From contig CAYZPI010000008.1 in NCBI GenBank assembly GCA_964480085.1, forward strand, positions 585 through 64,584: 64,000 nucleotides of DNA, read 5' to 3'. The number at the start of each line of letters is the position of its first letter. Position 1 is the stretch's first letter. The position numbers and the translations under genes were made by a program. Of the stretch, positions 29,162 to 37,334 are shown one piece after another. The notes under the pieces were generated by a model that was given only the letters and a program-made list of their open reading frames with translations, made no database searches and was not told the DNA's origin. Source of the DNA: an uncultured Bacteroides sp. GTDB taxonomy: Bacteria; Bacteroidota; Bacteroidia; Bacteroidales; Muribaculaceae.

Positions 29162-29476
29162 TCATTTCACGGCCACTTTCACGGTAGTGTTATTAACACG
29201 CACTATGTAATAACCTGCCGGAAGATCCACATTAGTCTGACCGGGAGCAGCATCGAACTGCTTGACCACCTGACCGGTGAGGGCGTATATCTGCACGTGC
29301 TGCGCTGTATCGCCGGGAAGATCGATGGAGATACCGCCTGCACGCACTTTCACCTGAGGAGCGTCCTGCCGTGACACGACCTCAGGCTGCTGGGCATCGG
29401 CGGCCACAGCCGCTACAGGAGCCACAGTCAACGCGATAGCCGCGCAAAGCGAAAATATGTGTCTGGTCATCTTCAT
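29162..29476 (-). CDS. Minimal T9SS-CTD protein (signal peptide plus sorting domain)
   Basis: IYALTGQ...LPAGYYIVRV...KVAVK; start at ATG 29476, because the TAAATTTG box at 29508-29515 abuts the 29506 start. Confidence 0.75.
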   Translation of the reverse strand: MKMTRHIFSLCAAIALTVAPVAAVAADAQQPEVVSRQDAPQVKVRAGGISIDLPGDTAQHVQIYALTGQVVKQFDAAPGQTNVDLPAGYYIVRVNNTTVKVAVK

Positions 29477-29614
29477 TGTGTAAGTATGCGGTATTTCGTT
29501 TGTCATGCAAATTTACGATATTTTTTCAAAATATACAACAATAAACACGCAAAAATTACGTACCTTTGTCATAAAATATTGCCAACATCAGGTTTCGTAA
29601 ACCCAACTTGATGA

Positions 29615-29646
29615 TTATAAGCATATAAGGTTATAAGATTATAAGA
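29615..29646 (+). repeat. Four 8-bp tandem repeats (core TATAAG) in the ompA-family leader
   Basis: TTATAAGC ATATAAGG TTATAAGA TTATAAGA, downstream of a TACCTTTG box at 29561-29568. Confidence 0.6.
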
Positions 29647-29702
29647 ATGAGTCAGATTTTTTCAAGAATCCAAGGATATGACATAACAACAACTATGATA
29701 TT

Positions 29703-30560
29703 ATGAGAAGAATCAAGACAGCCCTAATGACAATCGTGGTATTGTCGCTCACCCTTCCCGGATGCGTAAGCAAAAAGAACTACGCCAAGCTGCAGGATAG
29801 CTACAATGCCCTCAACACCGAGTACCAGGACACAAAGATCGAACTGGCCAAAGCCCTCAATGAGAGCAAGAATCTCGAAGCCCGACTCAAGGAAGCCAAG
29901 GACGATAACGCACAGTTGCGCGAGGCATACAATGCGCTGCAGAAGAGCCTTGACAACTCTATCGCGCAGGGATCGCAGAGCAGCATCAACATTGCCAAAC
30001 TGGTCGACGAGATCAACGCCTCCAACAAGTACATCAAGCAACTTGTGGATGCCAAATCGAAGAGCGATTCGCTCAACATGGTGCTCACCAACAATCTCAC
30101 ACGTTCGCTCACCCGCGATGAGCTGCGCGATGTGGACATCAAGGTGCTGAAAGGCGTGGTGTACATCTCTCTCGCCGACAATATGCTCTACCGCTCCGGA
30201 TCATACGAGATTTCCGACCGTGCGATGGAGACCCTCAGCAAGATAGCAAAGATCATCAAGGACTACAACGACTATGACGTGCTGGTGGAAGGCAACACCG
30301 ACGATGTGCCCATCAGCAAGACCAACATACGCAACAACTGGGATCTCTCGGCCCTGCGCGCTTCGTCAGTGGTGCAGGTACTTGAGGATAGATTCGGTGT
30401 AAATCCATCACGTCTCACTGCCGGAGGACGTGGCGAATACAATCCCATTGGCGACAACACCACAGAGACAGGCCGCGCACGCAACCGCCGCACCGAGATC
30501 ATCATCACTCCGAAGCTCGACCAGTTCCTGGAGTTGATCGACAAGGCACCCGAGGAGTAA
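29703..30560 (+). CDS. OmpA/MotB-family peptidoglycan-binding lipoprotein with coiled coil
   Basis: Lipobox LPGC, VEGNTDD, NWDLSALRA and RARNRRTEI. Confidence 0.9.
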   Translation: MRRIKTALMTIVVLSLTLPGCVSKKNYAKLQDSYNALNTEYQDTKIELAKALNESKNLEARLKEAKDDNAQLREAYNALQKSLDNSIAQGSQSSINIAKLVDEINASNKYIKQLVDAKSKSDSLNMVLTNNLTRSLTRDELRDVDIKVLKGVVYISLADNMLYRSGSYEISDRAMETLSKIAKIIKDYNDYDVLVEGNTDDVPISKTNIRNNWDLSALRASSVVQVLEDRFGVNPSRLTAGGRGEYNPIGDNTTETGRARNRRTEIIITPKLDQFLELIDKAPEE

Positions 30561-31488
30561 GAATCCTGATGGCCGCCTGAAGGATATCTTTGCCAAGGTA
30601 GGAGACCACAGCTCCTACCTTATTTTTTATCCTTACCTGCGGATTGCGGAGTGCCTCCCGCCGGCCCTCCTTTATCACACCCCAGCATCTGCTGGCATCA
30701 GCCTCATGCGCGGCACGTGTGGCAAGGATAAACATATTGAAATTAGCCGAAAACCTACGGTCGCGGGCGGCCGGAAGCATCAAGGCATCATTTTTGTAAT
30801 GAGCAACAATAGCTTCCGTCACCTTAAGCACATCAAGCCTGTCGTTGGTAAAATTGTGGATGAAACTGGAGAGATTTCTACGGTAAAGGTACATAGGAGC
30901 CGTCGTCGACACGACCAGCCCATCAATATTTTCGTATATTCGGTAAATGCTGTCAAGATCCTCGTAGCGCAGACCTTCGCGCAACTTAGCCCGCCTCACA
31001 GCCCCTGCCGGAAACAGTTTGCAGCACAGCGACGAATCCATCCCTGACTGATACAAGGTCTTCTCCACAGCCTTACGGACAGAGTGTACCGTCGTCCTGC
31101 CCTTCACCGACAACTTTGCGGGGCTGTGGGTAAATGCACACACCGCACATCCGGCAGAGTATTTCCTCAGAAGAGCCATGAGGGTCTCTATCATTGCATG
31201 ATGAATGGTGTCGTCGGAATCGACGAACATGATGTAATCGCCGCAGGCGATTTCCACACCGAGGTTGCGTGCGGCCGACACGCCCCTGTTGGGGGTATGG
31301 ACCACCCTAACCCGGCTGTCTTCCATAGCCATCCCGTCGCATATCCTGCCGGAATCGTCCGTGGAACCGTCATCGACAAGTATCACCTCGATATCAGAAA
31401 TCGTCTGGCGGCAGATGCTGTCCACACACTGGCGTACGAACGTTTCATTGTTGAACACCGGCACTATCACCGACACCATTGTAGCCAT
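30505..31488 (-). CDS. Glycosyltransferase family 2
   Basis: VSVIVPVFN, VDDGSTD, FVDSDD and YED motifs; 3' end overlaps the convergent OmpA gene by 56 nt. Confidence 0.9.
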   Translation of the reverse strand: MATMVSVIVPVFNNETFVRQCVDSICRQTISDIEVILVDDGSTDDSGRICDGMAMEDSRVRVVHTPNRGVSAARNLGVEIACGDYIMFVDSDDTIHHAMIETLMALLRKYSAGCAVCAFTHSPAKLSVKGRTTVHSVRKAVEKTLYQSGMDSSLCCKLFPAGAVRRAKLREGLRYEDLDSIYRIYENIDGLVVSTTAPMYLYRRNLSSFIHNFTNDRLDVLKVTEAIVAHYKNDALMLPAARDRRFSANFNMFILATRAAHEADASRCWGVIKEGRREALRNPQVRIKNKVGAVVSYLGKDILQAAIRILTPRVPCRSTPGTGRASE

Positions 31489-31513
31489 CGTTTTCGAACC
31501 GCAGCGAGTGCTA

Positions 31514-32995
31514 TTATTTTACCGATATTATCTTATTGGCGGGAGCCGACTCATTGTTCACCCTGTCGAGGGCAGTCACAGAATATTCTCCCTTGCCGTC
31601 GATCATCACGGAGTGGCCGGAGGTAATGGCGTAAATGTTCTTCGCATCTTCATAACGTCGTGGCTCACCGGGAGCGAACTTATACACTATGAATCTCACC
31701 TGGTCGGAAGCCTTGTTGTGCATCTTCCCGCTTTTCCAGCTGAGTTCCCTGCCGTTGAGTTTGAGATCGGTCACAGCCTCAGGCTTACCGTCGGACAAGT
31801 GAGGATAAGCCGGAACGAGAGCTTTGGTTGACTGCGGCCCGCGTTTCAAAGCCGTAGCCGAACCCTGTGAATTGGCAGTTAGGGAATATGCCGGCCACCA
31901 GCAGTTGCCCTGCACGTTTGGTAGCTCACGTGACAGGCGCACCTTATGGTTGAGTTCGTTCGGTTCGTTGGAATAAGGAGCATCGGGAGTCTTCATCGTG
32001 CGTTCCACGTCCTGACCTATATACAGCTGGCACTTGGGATCAACAGCATTATTCCACCACTCCACCAACTCAAGCGACGAAGCCTTCTTATGGTTGAGTT
32101 CCCAGTAGAGCTGCGGGATGAGATAGTCGATCCAGCCCTTCTCTGCCCAGAGCAGTACATCAGCATACAGATCATCGTAGTTTTGCAGGCCATTGGTCTT
32201 GCTGCCCCTTGGGTCGGAGGCCTTGTTGCGCCATATTCCGAAGGGACTGATCCCGAATCTCACCCACGGACGTTTGCCCGTACGGATAGCCTTGTGCACA
32301 TCCTCGATCAGCATGTCGACGTTCTTTCTGCGCCAGTCGCCGCGTTTCATTCCGTTGCCGTATTTTTTGTACGAGGCATTGTCGGGGAAATCCTTGCCAT
32401 TTGCAGGATAAGGATAGAAATAGTCGTCGAAATGTATTCCATCCACGTCGTATCTGTCGGTGATGTCGGTGATGACCTTCACGATAAACTCACGGTTCTC
32501 AGGCAAAGCCGGGTCGAAATATAGTTTGCCGTCGCCTTCATATCGCACGAATCGTTGGGGTTCCTTGTGGTAGAGATGGTTCTTCGGCAGGATCTCGTTT
32601 TTGGAAGTGGTGACACGGTAAGGATTCAGCCATGCATGCAGCTCCATGCCGCGTTTGTGAGTCTCCTCAACCATGAATTCGAGAGGATCCCAATAAGGCG
32701 ACGGCGGATTACCGTTCTTTGTCAGGAATCGGCTCCAGGGTTCAAGACTGCTCTCATAGAAAGCATCGGCACTTGGACGTACCTGAAACAGGATGGCATT
32801 CACTCCGGCTTCCTGCAACAGGTCAAGTTGATGGCAGAGATACGCCTTGTTCTGTTCCGTGTTCTGTCGGCCGTACTGCTCCTGGTGCACCGTGTGCATC
32901 CATGCACCACGGAATTCTGACTTGGGATTTTCTGACTTCGCCGACGCTCCAATCACTATCAGCAGAATATATAGAAAGCTAAGATATTTGCGCAT
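31514..32995 (-). CDS. GHL10/DUF187 (YddW/DigH-like) glycoside hydrolase with C-terminal Fn3-like domain
   Basis: EFRGAW, QVRPSADA, HAWLNPYR, DGIHFDDYFYPY, GISPFGIW and PQLYW. Confidence 0.88.
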   Translation of the reverse strand: MRKYLSFLYILLIVIGASAKSENPKSEFRGAWMHTVHQEQYGRQNTEQNKAYLCHQLDLLQEAGVNAILFQVRPSADAFYESSLEPWSRFLTKNGNPPSPYWDPLEFMVEETHKRGMELHAWLNPYRVTTSKNEILPKNHLYHKEPQRFVRYEGDGKLYFDPALPENREFIVKVITDITDRYDVDGIHFDDYFYPYPANGKDFPDNASYKKYGNGMKRGDWRRKNVDMLIEDVHKAIRTGKRPWVRFGISPFGIWRNKASDPRGSKTNGLQNYDDLYADVLLWAEKGWIDYLIPQLYWELNHKKASSLELVEWWNNAVDPKCQLYIGQDVERTMKTPDAPYSNEPNELNHKVRLSRELPNVQGNCWWPAYSLTANSQGSATALKRGPQSTKALVPAYPHLSDGKPEAVTDLKLNGRELSWKSGKMHNKASDQVRFIVYKFAPGEPRRYEDAKNIYAITSGHSVMIDGKGEYSVTALDRVNNESAPANKIISVK

Positions 32996-33059
32996 GATTT
33001 ATCAGGATTTTGAAATAGAGTACAAAAATACTCATAATATCCCGAAATCAAAAGAAATT

Positions 33060-33091
33060 GTTGCATTATTAATTTGAATCACTTAATTTTG
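33060..33091 (+). promoter_or_regulatory. Promoter of the MNT-HEPN pair
   Basis: GTTG-N20-TAATTTTG. Confidence 0.55.
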
Positions 33092-33107
33092 TAAAAAATA
33101 ATTCAAT

Positions 33108-33422
33108 ATGAGAAGAACGGCCACTATAAATAAGATTAGAGATATCATAAGACGGATATCGCCTCGGGCAAGAGTGATCCTGTTCGGCTCGCAGGCCAGA
33201 AATGAGGCTCGTCCGGATTCTGATATCGACATTCTCATACTTCTTGACAAATCCAAAATATCTTATCAAGATAAAGTAGAAATCACCGATCCCCTCTTTG
33301 ATTTAGAAGAAGAAGAAAAAGTCATGATAAGTCCATTGGTCTATTCCATTGATGAATGGCTGAACCGTCCTATAAAATCACCTTTCTATATGAATGTCAT
33401 AAATGAAGGAATAGAACTATGA
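33108..33422 (+). CDS. Minimal nucleotidyltransferase (MNT) antitoxin
   Basis: LFGSQAR...DSDIDI (GS-x10-DxD) and C-terminal EGIEL. Confidence 0.9.
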   Translation: MRRTATINKIRDIIRRISPRARVILFGSQARNEARPDSDIDILILLDKSKISYQDKVEITDPLFDLEEEEKVMISPLVYSIDEWLNRPIKSPFYMNVINEGIEL

Positions 33423-33814
33423 AACAAGAATTTGATGAGTCGACATTAGGAGATCTTGTTAACTATAGGCTACGAAGGGCTGTGGAAACTTTAGCCGAAG
33501 CAGATTTGCTTGCATCAAATGGGCGGTATAACGCAGCTATAAATAGACTTTATTATGCTTGCTTTTATTTAGTTTGCGGAGTTCTCGCAAAAAATCATAT
33601 ATCTGCAAGAACCCACGATGGAGTTCAACAAATGTTCAACCTTCATTTCGTTGTTTCAGGAAAAATTGAAAAAAGGTATTCTCGAATTTATAGACGTCTA
33701 TTTAATGATCGAATAAGCGGGGATTATGATGACTTTGTATTTTTCGACAAAGAGATGTACGAAGCCGTTCGCCCGGATGTTGATGACTTCATCGATAAAG
33801 TCAAGGATTTATAA
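33419..33814 (+). CDS. HEPN domain protein (putative toxin)
   Basis: NRLYYACF, THDG and RISGDY motifs; ATGA overlap with MNT. Confidence 0.88.
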   Translation: MKQEFDESTLGDLVNYRLRRAVETLAEADLLASNGRYNAAINRLYYACFYLVCGVLAKNHISARTHDGVQQMFNLHFVVSGKIEKRYSRIYRRLFNDRISGDYDDFVFFDKEMYEAVRPDVDDFIDKVKDL

Positions 33815-33831
33815 TAGTCATATCCTTAAAT

Positions 33832-33865
33832 AAAAAAGGTCGGCGAATGCCGACCTTTCTATTTT
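33832..33865. terminator. Bidirectional intrinsic terminator
   Basis: AAAGGTCGGC-GAAT-GCCGACCTTT flanked by A/T tracts, between convergent genes. Confidence 0.85.
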
Positions 33866-33878
33866 GGATTTAGGTAGA

Positions 33879-34847
33879 TTAGCGGTTGTAGAACTTGCGA
33901 CCGTTCTGGATAAGGAGACCCTTGGCATCCTTGCTTACGCGCTGGCCAAGAACGTTGTAAACGGGAGCGTTTACGTCAGCAGCATCAGCAGCTACACCTG
34001 CAATGCCGGCACCACCTTCGCCCATGACAACAATAGTCTTCTCGGGATAAGTTACGTCATCTTTAGTGTATTCGGCCTGATAGAGAGAGATATTGGGAGT
34101 TGTTTCATCAGGATTGCAGGGAACGAAGATGTAGCCGCAAGTGTTCATCTTAGAACCGGTAGCGAATACCAGATAATTGACAGCATCAGCATAAACCTTG
34201 AAAGCGATTACGCCCGTACCATTACCTGCAGAGGCAGCTTCAGCGTTCTGTGTGCCAATACGAATAGGCCATGCAATTGTGTTGCCACCGAAAGTGTAAT
34301 TATCGATATCAGCAGCTTCACGATTAACATAGCCAAGTTCATCACCGGGGAGAGTGAAGAGAACTTGAGGAACGTCAGGATAATCTGCGCTCTTGATATC
34401 CATACCCAAAGTATAGGCAACAGGCATTGCACCTTCACCGATCATGCCTTCGAACACATAGAAATTCTTGTTGGAAGAGATCTTGGAAGGAACGATCATC
34501 CAGCCGTCAGCCTTAACTTCGAGACGGTACATCCAACCGCCTGTAGGACCATCATCAAGATTTCCGGTACCATTTGTTGAACCACCGATACCCTCAACGA
34601 GAGCGATATCCTCACCATTTACGGTCACAGACTTGAATCCGTTGAAAGCAGGTTGCTGAGCAGAAACTGCATCACCGATGAGATTAGTCATCTTCACGTT
34701 GGCAGTCTCAGCAAGAACTGTGCCTTCAGCAAGAGTGGGTTTGTCTGCGAGACCGAGAGCCTGTGAATCCAGGAAACCAACCTCGGTCTGAGCCTGGGCG
34801 GCAAGTGTCATGGCAAAGCCGGCGGAAAGAAGTAAAAATTTCTTCAT
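33879..34847 (-). CDS. T9SS-secreted protein (short Prevotella-type CTD), beta-rich, unknown function
   Basis: Signal peptide; C-terminus APVYNVLGQRV...KGLLIQNGRKF. Confidence 0.8.
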   Translation of the reverse strand: MKKFLLLSAGFAMTLAAQAQTEVGFLDSQALGLADKPTLAEGTVLAETANVKMTNLIGDAVSAQQPAFNGFKSVTVNGEDIALVEGIGGSTNGTGNLDDGPTGGWMYRLEVKADGWMIVPSKISSNKNFYVFEGMIGEGAMPVAYTLGMDIKSADYPDVPQVLFTLPGDELGYVNREAADIDNYTFGGNTIAWPIRIGTQNAEAASAGNGTGVIAFKVYADAVNYLVFATGSKMNTCGYIFVPCNPDETTPNISLYQAEYTKDDVTYPEKTIVVMGEGGAGIAGVAADAADVNAPVYNVLGQRVSKDAKGLLIQNGRKFYNR

Positions 34848-34929
34848 TTTACTTAGAGATTAAAGATTAAAAATTAGGGTTGAAAGATAATGTTTATACA
34901 GTATTACTTGTATTGTCGAATTTTATTTA

Positions 34930-34969
34930 TCCATCGGAGAGCCGCTCAAAACTACAGCTCTCCGATGGA
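34930..34969. other. Intercistronic 13-bp hairpin without U-tail
   Basis: TCCATCGGAGAGC / GCTCTCCGATGGA, between the lipoprotein and T9SS genes. Confidence 0.6.
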
Positions 34970-34988
34970 GATTGCGAATGCTCAAGTA

Positions 34989-35456
34989 TCAGTTAACGCC
35001 TTTCTGACCTACGAAAGAGTACTCATAAGTGGTTTTCTTTCGTCCTTCTGTAATAGTTATCTTAAAAAAGAGATCTATCTTGAAATCTTTGGTAATATTA
35101 CCGCTGAATCGGTTTCCGAAGGGATTATCAGTCATCGTATTCTGATACATATAGCCCTTACCACCCGGGGCGATATTGGCCATAGCGGTGAGATCAAGAT
35201 TTATATCTGAAGCCTTGATATTAATTTCGGTAACATAAGCCGATTTCCCGGCTGTAAGCGTCATCGTACCCGGCACTACATCTTCTTCATTTGTAGTCGT
35301 ATTGACACGGGTCCATGTTCCGGAGTACACGCCTGCTGTCTCTATTTCAGGATTCATGACGGGACCGCGATCAGGAAGTTCAGCATCATCACGGCACGAT
35401 GTGAGGCACACACACATCATGATAGTCATGAAAAGTCCTTTAATTATTGATTTCAT
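34989..35456 (-). CDS. Lipoprotein downstream of SusD (possibly calycin/lipocalin-like)
   Basis: Lipobox LTSC-RDD; AGVYSGTW motif. Confidence 0.7.
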   Translation of the reverse strand: MKSIIKGLFMTIMMCVCLTSCRDDAELPDRGPVMNPEIETAGVYSGTWTRVNTTTNEEDVVPGTMTLTAGKSAYVTEINIKASDINLDLTAMANIAPGGKGYMYQNTMTDNPFGNRFSGNITKDFKIDLFFKITITEGRKKTTYEYSFVGQKGVN

Positions 35457-35478
35457 TGAATTATCAAATTTTATTAGA

Positions 35479-37308
35479 TTAATAACCGGGGTTCTGATCC
35501 TCGTTAGTCATGCCGGTATTGGCATCGATTTCAGCCTGAGGAATTGGGCGGTACCACTTGATCTCACCCTTAGAGTTTGACATTTCTGAAACTGAGTGTA
35601 GACCACGAGAGAATGCCAGATTATAGCGTACCAACTGCTTTGTACGGCGGAGATCGGCAAAACGGGTGCGCTCTGCGTATGTCTCGCGTGCAAGCTCATC
35701 GAGGATAAGATCGATATTGGTAATTGTGAAATTCGGTGTGTTGGCAATATATTCCACAGTGGAAGGATAGGCGGAGAAACTCGTCTCGGGAGCACCCGCA
35801 CGCTTACGCACGTCGTTGATCTTGGCGATTGCCTGGGCTTCATTACCTGCCATCAGGTAAGCCTCGGCTGCAGTAAGATACATTTGGCTGACATGGAGAA
35901 GTACCACATTGCGATAGTCATTGTTCTTAACAGCAGGAGAAGATGCCGGATCATCAAATTTCTTGACTGCGGGAAGATTCGGAATAGTATTGCTTACAAA
36001 ATCAACGTAAGTAGTGGTTGACTTTACAAAGCCATTTCCCGAATTTCTGTTGACAATGGTTCTGTCTCCATCAAGAAGAACAACATAAGGCTGAGGAATG
36101 CCATAGCCGGTACCTGCCTTAAAACGGTCAGCCATTGATGAGCAATAAGCATCGAATTCGGCCTCAGTTGTATAGTATGGCAGATAGCGCATCGCAATAG
36201 CCATAGTAGAGAGTTCAGAAGGTGTGGCGTTGTAGTAGCCATAGTAGCCTTCAGTGCCCCAGATGGCAACTTTATCCACAACCTTGGCATTGTAGCAGGT
36301 GGTCATGAATGTACCGTCCCAACGAGAATCACCGGGTCCCCATAGATACAGGGCTTTGGAAGAGATCTGATTCTGACCGCCTGACCCGTTGCCCTTCTGA
36401 CCTACGCTTGTGGAAGCACCGACGTGAGGGCAATAGTCATTCTGAAGGGAATGACCACCGGTAGCCTCATCGCCCGGGAAACCCTCACGGAGCCAGTTGA
36501 CAGCGAAGATCACCTCATCATTGTTTTCATTTGTGGGAGCCCATTTCTGCTCAAAGCTCATTGTGAGGTTTGTGTTGTTGATAGCGAGTTCAGCCCACTT
36601 GGCAGCTTCAGTAAAATGAGAAGTGCCCTCGACGGTATATGTTCCCTGCTCGGCATTGTTCAGCTTTGTGTCGATATCCCATCCTGCGGCAAGCTCCAGT
36701 TTGGCAATCAGAGCAGCAACAGCCTGCTTTGAAATATTTCCGGTATGATCCGATGTGGGAAGGGTGCTTTTGCTGTAAACATCAGCGAGATCAGCGACAA
36801 CCGATGAGTAGATCTCAGCAAGTGGCGTACGGGGATAGCTACGCTCCGACGAAGAGATGTAATTCGTTACGTAAGGCACTGCTCCGAACTGCTGAGTAAG
36901 GTAGTAGTAGCAAAGACCACGGAGGAAACGACCCTGCGCACCAAGTTCGGTTTCCGCACCGCCGAACTCGATCATGGCATTGGCATAGTTGATGGTAGAG
37001 TAGAGATTCTTGTAATAGCTCTCAATACCATTATCAGAAGGAGTAAAGCTAAAGAGAGCAAAAGAACCATCGTTAGTGTTGCGCCAGTTGGAGAACAAGT
37101 CGGTGGACAAATCCTGAAGGTCAATGTTCGTGACAAAATTTTTCAGGGAATTATAGGCAGTCGCTCTCAGGACGGCAGGGTCATTCTGGATATATACATT
37201 TCCGTTCTCGTTACCTGTCGACTTATTATCCTCATCGAGGAAATCACTACAGCTCGCGAGAGAAAGCGATAGAGTGCCTATAACTGCAATATATTTTAAA
37301 GTTTTCAT
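35479..37308 (-). CDS. SusD/RagB family lipoprotein
   Basis: LASCSDFLDE, FLRGLCYYYLTQQFGAVP, AEAY..INDVRKRAG and terminal QNPGY. Confidence 0.93.
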   Translation of the reverse strand: MKTLKYIAVIGTLSLSLASCSDFLDEDNKSTGNENGNVYIQNDPAVLRATAYNSLKNFVTNIDLQDLSTDLFSNWRNTNDGSFALFSFTPSDNGIESYYKNLYSTINYANAMIEFGGAETELGAQGRFLRGLCYYYLTQQFGAVPYVTNYISSSERSYPRTPLAEIYSSVVADLADVYSKSTLPTSDHTGNISKQAVAALIAKLELAAGWDIDTKLNNAEQGTYTVEGTSHFTEAAKWAELAINNTNLTMSFEQKWAPTNENNDEVIFAVNWLREGFPGDEATGGHSLQNDYCPHVGASTSVGQKGNGSGGQNQISSKALYLWGPGDSRWDGTFMTTCYNAKVVDKVAIWGTEGYYGYYNATPSELSTMAIAMRYLPYYTTEAEFDAYCSSMADRFKAGTGYGIPQPYVVLLDGDRTIVNRNSGNGFVKSTTTYVDFVSNTIPNLPAVKKFDDPASSPAVKNNDYRNVVLLHVSQMYLTAAEAYLMAGNEAQAIAKINDVRKRAGAPETSFSAYPSTVEYIANTPNFTITNIDLILDELARETYAERTRFADLRRTKQLVRYNLAFSRGLHSVSEMSNSKGEIKWYRPIPQAEIDANTGMTNEDQNPGY

Positions 37309-37334
37309 TATATTTCAGTAGTAGATAAAAGTGA

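Noticed and set aside
29703-30560. Flagellar motor protein MotB
   Set aside because: It has a lipoprotein signal and there is no motA or other flagellar gene; it is an OmpA-like peptidoglycan-binding domain only.
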